Assembly: GCA_964449215.1 (NCBI GenBank)
Contig: CAYVAH010000005.1
Location: 10,642-25,697 of the forward strand
Direction of reading: 5' to 3'
Length of the DNA stretch: 15,056 nucleotides
Source: Candidatus Undinarchaeota archaeon
GTDB lineage: Archaea; SpSt-1190
Shown here: positions 8,154-15,056 of the stretch, piece by piece
Layout: each line of letters opens with the position of its first letter
Position numbering within the stretch: the first letter of the stretch is position 1
Position numbers and translations under genes: made by a program
Notes under the pieces: model-generated
What the model was told of the DNA's origin: nothing
The model's database searches: none
Seen by the model: only the letters and a program-made list of their open reading frames with translations

Positions 8154-8552
8154 TTATAAATATCTAACGAGATGATAAACTCCTTTCTGGAAGAGGGCAT
8201 CCAACTCTCTCTTGGTTTCTTCCCTACTTTTTTCTTCCCGTATTGAGGCAACCCTCCACAGGTCTTTGACTATGTTATCAATTATTACCTTTATTTCCAC
8301 CCCTCCTGCTGAATACCACTTTACCAGTCCATCATCCTTCTTCTTCACGAATCCCATATTCTTCAGCTCACTGGCCGTGTAAATTTCTCCTTCCAATACA
8401 GTTAGTTTACCCCCACTTCTGGTATAAAGCCCGCAGGAGTTTCCATCAATTATGGCCTTCTCCACCTTGTAGGTTGTTGGTTGTGGGTGCGGTTCATAAC
8501 TCTCCTCAGGAAAAAACAGCTCATATTGGACAGTTCGGGACATGGCGGGCAC
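8154..8552 (-). CDS. Hypothetical protein, apparent paralogue of the neighbouring gene's repeated domain
   Basis: 132-aa ORF (GTG 8552 or ATG 8543) containing GEIYTASELKNMGF...KWY...WRV; TATA-like element at ~8577-8585. Confidence 0.75.
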   Translation of the reverse strand: MPAMSRTVQYELFFPEESYEPHPQPTTYKVEKAIIDGNSCGLYTRSGGKLTVLEGEIYTASELKNMGFVKKKDDGLVKWYSAGGVEIKVIIDNIVKDLWRVASIREEKSREETKRELDALFQKGVYHLVRYL

Positions 8553-8634
8553 CGGGAGAATGCAGGCACATTCCAGATATTAATACATTTTCCCGACCCA
8601 CAAACCTGTCGCTGGGCTTCAATCACCAGGTATC

Positions 8635-8674
8635 GCGCAAAATTCTTATAGTTTAGTGTGCTTAAGTTACTAAA
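8635..8674 (+). promoter_or_regulatory. BRE/TATA promoter and candidate Phr-type operator (TTTAGT-N11-ACTAAA, 8652-8674)
   Basis: GCGCAAAA followed by TTCTTATA (8643-8650), then an inverted repeat spanning the predicted transcription start. Confidence 0.6.
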
Positions 8675-9156
8675 TGACCGACGTCGAGGGATTGCTGGAT
8701 GCTCTCGGTAATGAGACACGCAGGCGGATTCTTTTCCTGCTTGCGGAGCGTCCGAGATTCGTTTCCGAGATATCCGAGAGCCTTGGGGTCGGGAGGAAGG
8801 CAATAATTGACCACCTTGAAAAGCTCAAATCTTCCGACCTAATTGTGTCTGTTGAAAGGAGAATCAAGCAAGGTCGCCCAAGAAAATATTATGAAATAAA
8901 GAGGGAACTTTTTTTCAATATTGGCATAACACCAAATTTTATTGACTTTTCTGAGATGGAGAGCACCAGGGAAATCAACAGTATTGAAAAGTTGGATATG
9001 AAGCTTGATGAACTGGAGCTTGCTCCACCACATGAGCGGCGGGCTGTTGCTGGTCTGATCCTGAACAAGCTTGAAGTCAGGGTGCGGGAAGTCGAGTCGG
9101 AGTGGGTGGGGCTGCAGAAATTGCTCAACAGAGTCAGGACCTTACTGAGCAAATGA
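8674..9156 (+). CDS. phr: ArsR-type wHTH regulator of the Phr/HSR1 archaeal heat-shock repressor family
   Basis: LLDALGNETRRRILFLL..RP.FVSE.S..LGVG.KA...HL..L...GRPRKYY closely matches my recollection of the Pyrococcus Phr N-terminus; C-terminal coiled coil. Confidence 0.8.
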   Translation: MTDVEGLLDALGNETRRRILFLLAERPRFVSEISESLGVGRKAIIDHLEKLKSSDLIVSVERRIKQGRPRKYYEIKRELFFNIGITPNFIDFSEMESTREINSIEKLDMKLDELELAPPHERRAVAGLILNKLEVRVREVESEWVGLQKLLNRVRTLLSK

Positions 9157-9169
9157 CCATTCGGTTTGA

Positions 9170-10645
9170 GTGGGGAATCTGCTTTGTGGACAACCGGGCA
9201 CTTGGGTGAATAACTTTAAATTTGTTCGCGCTTCTTCTTCTGTGCTTTATGCCTGTCTCTGGTTCCTTTCTTGGGCAGTGATTCTTTTTTTGTTGGTGCA
9301 GCTTAAGAGGTCTCATGTTAATTCCATAGAGATCCTGCTTTTTGTGGGTTCATTTCTTCTGTTGTTTTTTGTTGGCCCTGGGCCACTACTGCAGTTTGAT
9401 GAGTTTTTTCATACAGATGCTGTTGAAAATGTCCCAAAGTATTCATTGCCATACCTATGTTATGTGGTTCAAAGTGGGGAATGTGTCTTGGCAGGGGAAG
9501 TATGGTGGCCACCAATGTTTTATGCATTGTCAACCATACCCTCCTCCTTTTTTGGTTCATTATGGGGTGCGACGGTTACGAACCTGGTTTTATCCGCTTT
9601 TTCATCGGTTTTGGTTTATAAAATTGGCAAAATTTTGATCAAGGACGAAGTACTGGCGCTGCTTCTTTCATCCACTCTTCTTTTTAACCCCATACTTCTG
9701 AAATTCGCGCGTTCCGCAATAATTGACATAACCTTCATGTTTTTTGCTTTGCTATACATCTATTATCTTCTTGTAATTGAATCTGGAAATTCCGGGAAGG
9801 AGATTTGGGGACTAATCCTTTCGGTTGTTGCTCTTTCTCTTACAAAGATTGAAGCCTCCGTGGTGGCGGTAATTTTTTTGGTGTATTCTTTTATCAAGTT
9901 CCGAAAAAGAGCCCCCTGGGGGCCCTTCCTTCTGGGGAGCGTGTTGCTTTTGGGTCCCGTTAAACACAGTTTTAATGTTCGAAATGGGCTCGAAAGGGGG
10001 GTTATTTTCACAACTGAGAAGCTCATCAAAAATCTCAGTTTTTTTGTGAACCCAGCATTTGTCAACCCGTTTTTTACGTTGCTTTCACTTTTTGGCTTGA
10101 AAACCTCCAACAGGCATGCAAAATTCTTTGCCTTCCTGACAATATTTATGGTGGCATTTGACACCTGTTTCTCGGAATATCCATATGCAAGCCCGGGTTT
10201 TTCTAGGCTTTACCTAAGGGTGATACCTTATATGCTGGTTCTGCTGGCATATTCAATCCGAAAATTTGACAGTGCGTGGCCGGTCCTTCTACTGCTTCCT
10301 GTGAATCTTCTGTCATCACGTGCGATGATCTATGAAAAGGTAGTAGGAGGATATGAGGTTATGTCCGCTAACAAGGATGTTCTGGTCAAGTTTTCGAACA
10401 ACACATTTGTTTATGACGAAGCTGCTGTGATTCGGAGGTTACTTCCCAACGCTTCGGTCTGCTCCATCTACGCAGTCGAATACTGCCAAAATAAGTCTAT
10501 GGTTGTTCTTAGTGACAGATTTACTTCGCAGGTCTTTGATAGGCTGGAGGGCTGCTACAAGGAGAAGATTGGTGACATGTATAGCAATGAATACAAGATT
10601 GAAATATTTCGGGTGAATTGTTCCCGATATAATGCGGATAGATAA
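9170..10645 (+). CDS. GT-C fold membrane glycosyltransferase (ArnT/PMT-like)
   Basis: Many TM helices; acidic DE motif in the first large loop (FDEFFH), WPP motif, later IIDITF; soluble C-terminal domain. Start uncertain (GTG 9170 or GTG 9206). Confidence 0.65.
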   Translation: MGNLLCGQPGTWVNNFKFVRASSSVLYACLWFLSWAVILFLLVQLKRSHVNSIEILLFVGSFLLLFFVGPGPLLQFDEFFHTDAVENVPKYSLPYLCYVVQSGECVLAGEVWWPPMFYALSTIPSSFFGSLWGATVTNLVLSAFSSVLVYKIGKILIKDEVLALLLSSTLLFNPILLKFARSAIIDITFMFFALLYIYYLLVIESGNSGKEIWGLILSVVALSLTKIEASVVAVIFLVYSFIKFRKRAPWGPFLLGSVLLLGPVKHSFNVRNGLERGVIFTTEKLIKNLSFFVNPAFVNPFFTLLSLFGLKTSNRHAKFFAFLTIFMVAFDTCFSEYPYASPGFSRLYLRVIPYMLVLLAYSIRKFDSAWPVLLLLPVNLLSSRAMIYEKVVGGYEVMSANKDVLVKFSNNTFVYDEAAVIRRLLPNASVCSIYAVEYCQNKSMVVLSDRFTSQVFDRLEGCYKEKIGDMYSNEYKIEIFRVNCSRYNADR

Positions 10646-10653
10646 CTTTTTCT

Positions 10654-11127
10654 ATGCGTGCCCCCACCACTATTGTTGTGAAGTGCAAGCTGTGTAACAT
10701 AGACAGAACCCGCGTGCTTTTTGAAACGGACACTTGCGTGGTGGTGGAGGGGTTCCCCCACCACAGGGGCCATATAGTTGTGGCTTTGAAGAAGCACGCC
10801 ACCCGGCTGACCGAGCTGGGGCCTGGGGAGTATCTCCGTTTCTGCAGGGACCTTATGGTTGTGGCGCAGGCCGTGGAAGAGGTTCTGAAACCGGACAAGC
10901 TGAACTATGCATTGCTTGGCAACTGGGTTCACCACTTGCACTGGCACATATACCCCAGATACCGGACAGACCCGGATTGGGGCCAGCCGCCTCTTATTCC
11001 CTGGAAGCTTGATGGTAACAGAGTTCCCCCGCCAGAGCTGCGGGTTGAGGGGAGACCCATGGCCGACATGGAGCGGGAGGAGTTGAAAAGGGTGCTTGCC
11101 GCCAGTGGAGAAAGTAACTTCAGGTAA
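10654..11127 (+). CDS. HIT-family hydrolase
   Basis: N-terminal CxxC, GHIVV, LNY, histidine triad HLHWH followed by IYPRY. Confidence 0.93.
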   Translation: MRAPTTIVVKCKLCNIDRTRVLFETDTCVVVEGFPHHRGHIVVALKKHATRLTELGPGEYLRFCRDLMVVAQAVEEVLKPDKLNYALLGNWVHHLHWHIYPRYRTDPDWGQPPLIPWKLDGNRVPPPELRVEGRPMADMEREELKRVLAASGESNFR

Positions 11128-11133
11128 CTTTAT

Positions 11134-11149
11134 GCGAAAGCTTTTTAAC
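11134..11149 (+). promoter_or_regulatory. rRNA operon promoter (BRE + TATA)
   Basis: GCGAAAG followed by CTTTTTAAC, a typical archaeal BRE/TATA arrangement, about 180 nt upstream of 16S; predicted start near 11172. Confidence 0.7.
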
Positions 11150-11172
11150 CACTCAAAAACACCTCCTATTTG

Positions 11173-11325
11173 TCGCGGGTGCATTAGGCGGCACCAGAAC
11201 CAACGAGGGGTGTAAGCCCCTAGGATGAGGATTCTGGTCTCCACCCGTGCGATAGGATGATCCTCGTATTCAAGGAATACGGGGAGAAGGTGTGCAAGGT
11301 GCTCAAGCCAATTCAGGCGACCATA
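11173..11325 (+). other. Structured pre-rRNA 5' leader
   Basis: Nested stems TCGCGGGTG/CACCCGTGCGA and ACCAGAA/TTCTGGT, hairpin GGGGT-GTAA-GCCCC, hairpin TCCTCGTATTC-AAG-GAATACGGGGA. Confidence 0.65.
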
Positions 11326-12801
<1,476 letters not shown>

Positions 12802-12806
12802 TAGTA

Positions 12807-12832
12807 CAGCCTTTGACAAAGGCTGGCGAAAT
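12807..12832. repeat. Palindromic 26-nt repeat, copy 1 (CAGCCTTTGACAAAGGCTG-GCGAAAT)
   Basis: Read directly; 24/26 identical to the copy at 12899-12924. Confidence 0.9.
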
Positions 12833-12898
12833 TGGACTCCCACGCGAGTGGGGGGATCCAGCCGAGGTAATGGGGCGAAATGCCCCTTATCTCTCTCT

Positions 12899-12924
12899 CG
12901 GCCTTTGACAAAGGCCGGCGAAAT
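12899..12924. repeat. Palindromic 26-nt repeat, copy 2 (CGGCCTTTGACAAAGGCCG-GCGAAAT)
   Basis: Read directly; the two differences from copy 1 form one compensatory pair (A:T to G:C). Confidence 0.9.
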
Positions 12925-13080
12925 GTGCTGTCTTCCACGCTTTGCGAGGCGGGCGCCTCTGGCTCGACAGCACTACACAAGATGACCATCTGCAAGTGAC
13001 CCTTGCAGGTGCGATAGCAAGCGCATGTATCCTGCGTGAGCAGGACCTTCGCATATCATGTGCAATGAGCTGTGTAAAGA

Positions 13081-15056
<1,976 letters not shown>

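Noticed and set aside
11114..11130. GTAACTT direct repeat just upstream of the rRNA promoter as a second Phr site
   Set aside because: Has the AC-N5-GT core but not the TTTA/AAAA flanks, and overlaps the HIT stop codon; too weak to call.
11160..11167. CACCTCCT, a copy of the anti-SD sequence in the rRNA promoter region
   Set aside because: Lies upstream of the predicted transcription start and serves no credible minus-strand gene; probably chance.
12807..12924. CRISPR mini-array
   Set aside because: Only two full repeats, a 66-nt self-structured spacer, location inside an rRNA operon, and no cas genes.

Overview
Compact archaeal genomic segment, probably from a divergent DPANN-type lineage (inference from rRNA signatures, gene density and protein families). 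The left ~11 kb holds a GxGD presenilin-like intramembrane protease, CorA, a wHTH protein with three ~50-aa repeats, an intein-free family B DNA polymerase, an SppA/S49 peptidase, TFE-alpha, an M50 site-2 protease, two orphan paralogues sharing a domain, a Phr-like heat-shock regulator with a candidate operator, a GT-C glycosyltransferase and a HIT protein. The right ~4 kb is an rRNA operon: promoter, structured leader, complete 16S, a tRNA-less spacer and the 5' two-thirds of 23S. The most unusual signals are three. (1) The near-universal decoding-site pair G1405:C1496 is replaced by A:U, together with changes in 23S H68/H69. (2) A 26-nt palindrome+GCGAAAT repeat with a compensatory base change occurs twice in the rRNA spacer, and its tail motif also begins the window. 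(3) The sequence stops exactly at 23S U1931, a known intron insertion site. E. coli rRNA numbering was assigned by eye from conserved motifs, and family calls come from motif recognition, not database searches.
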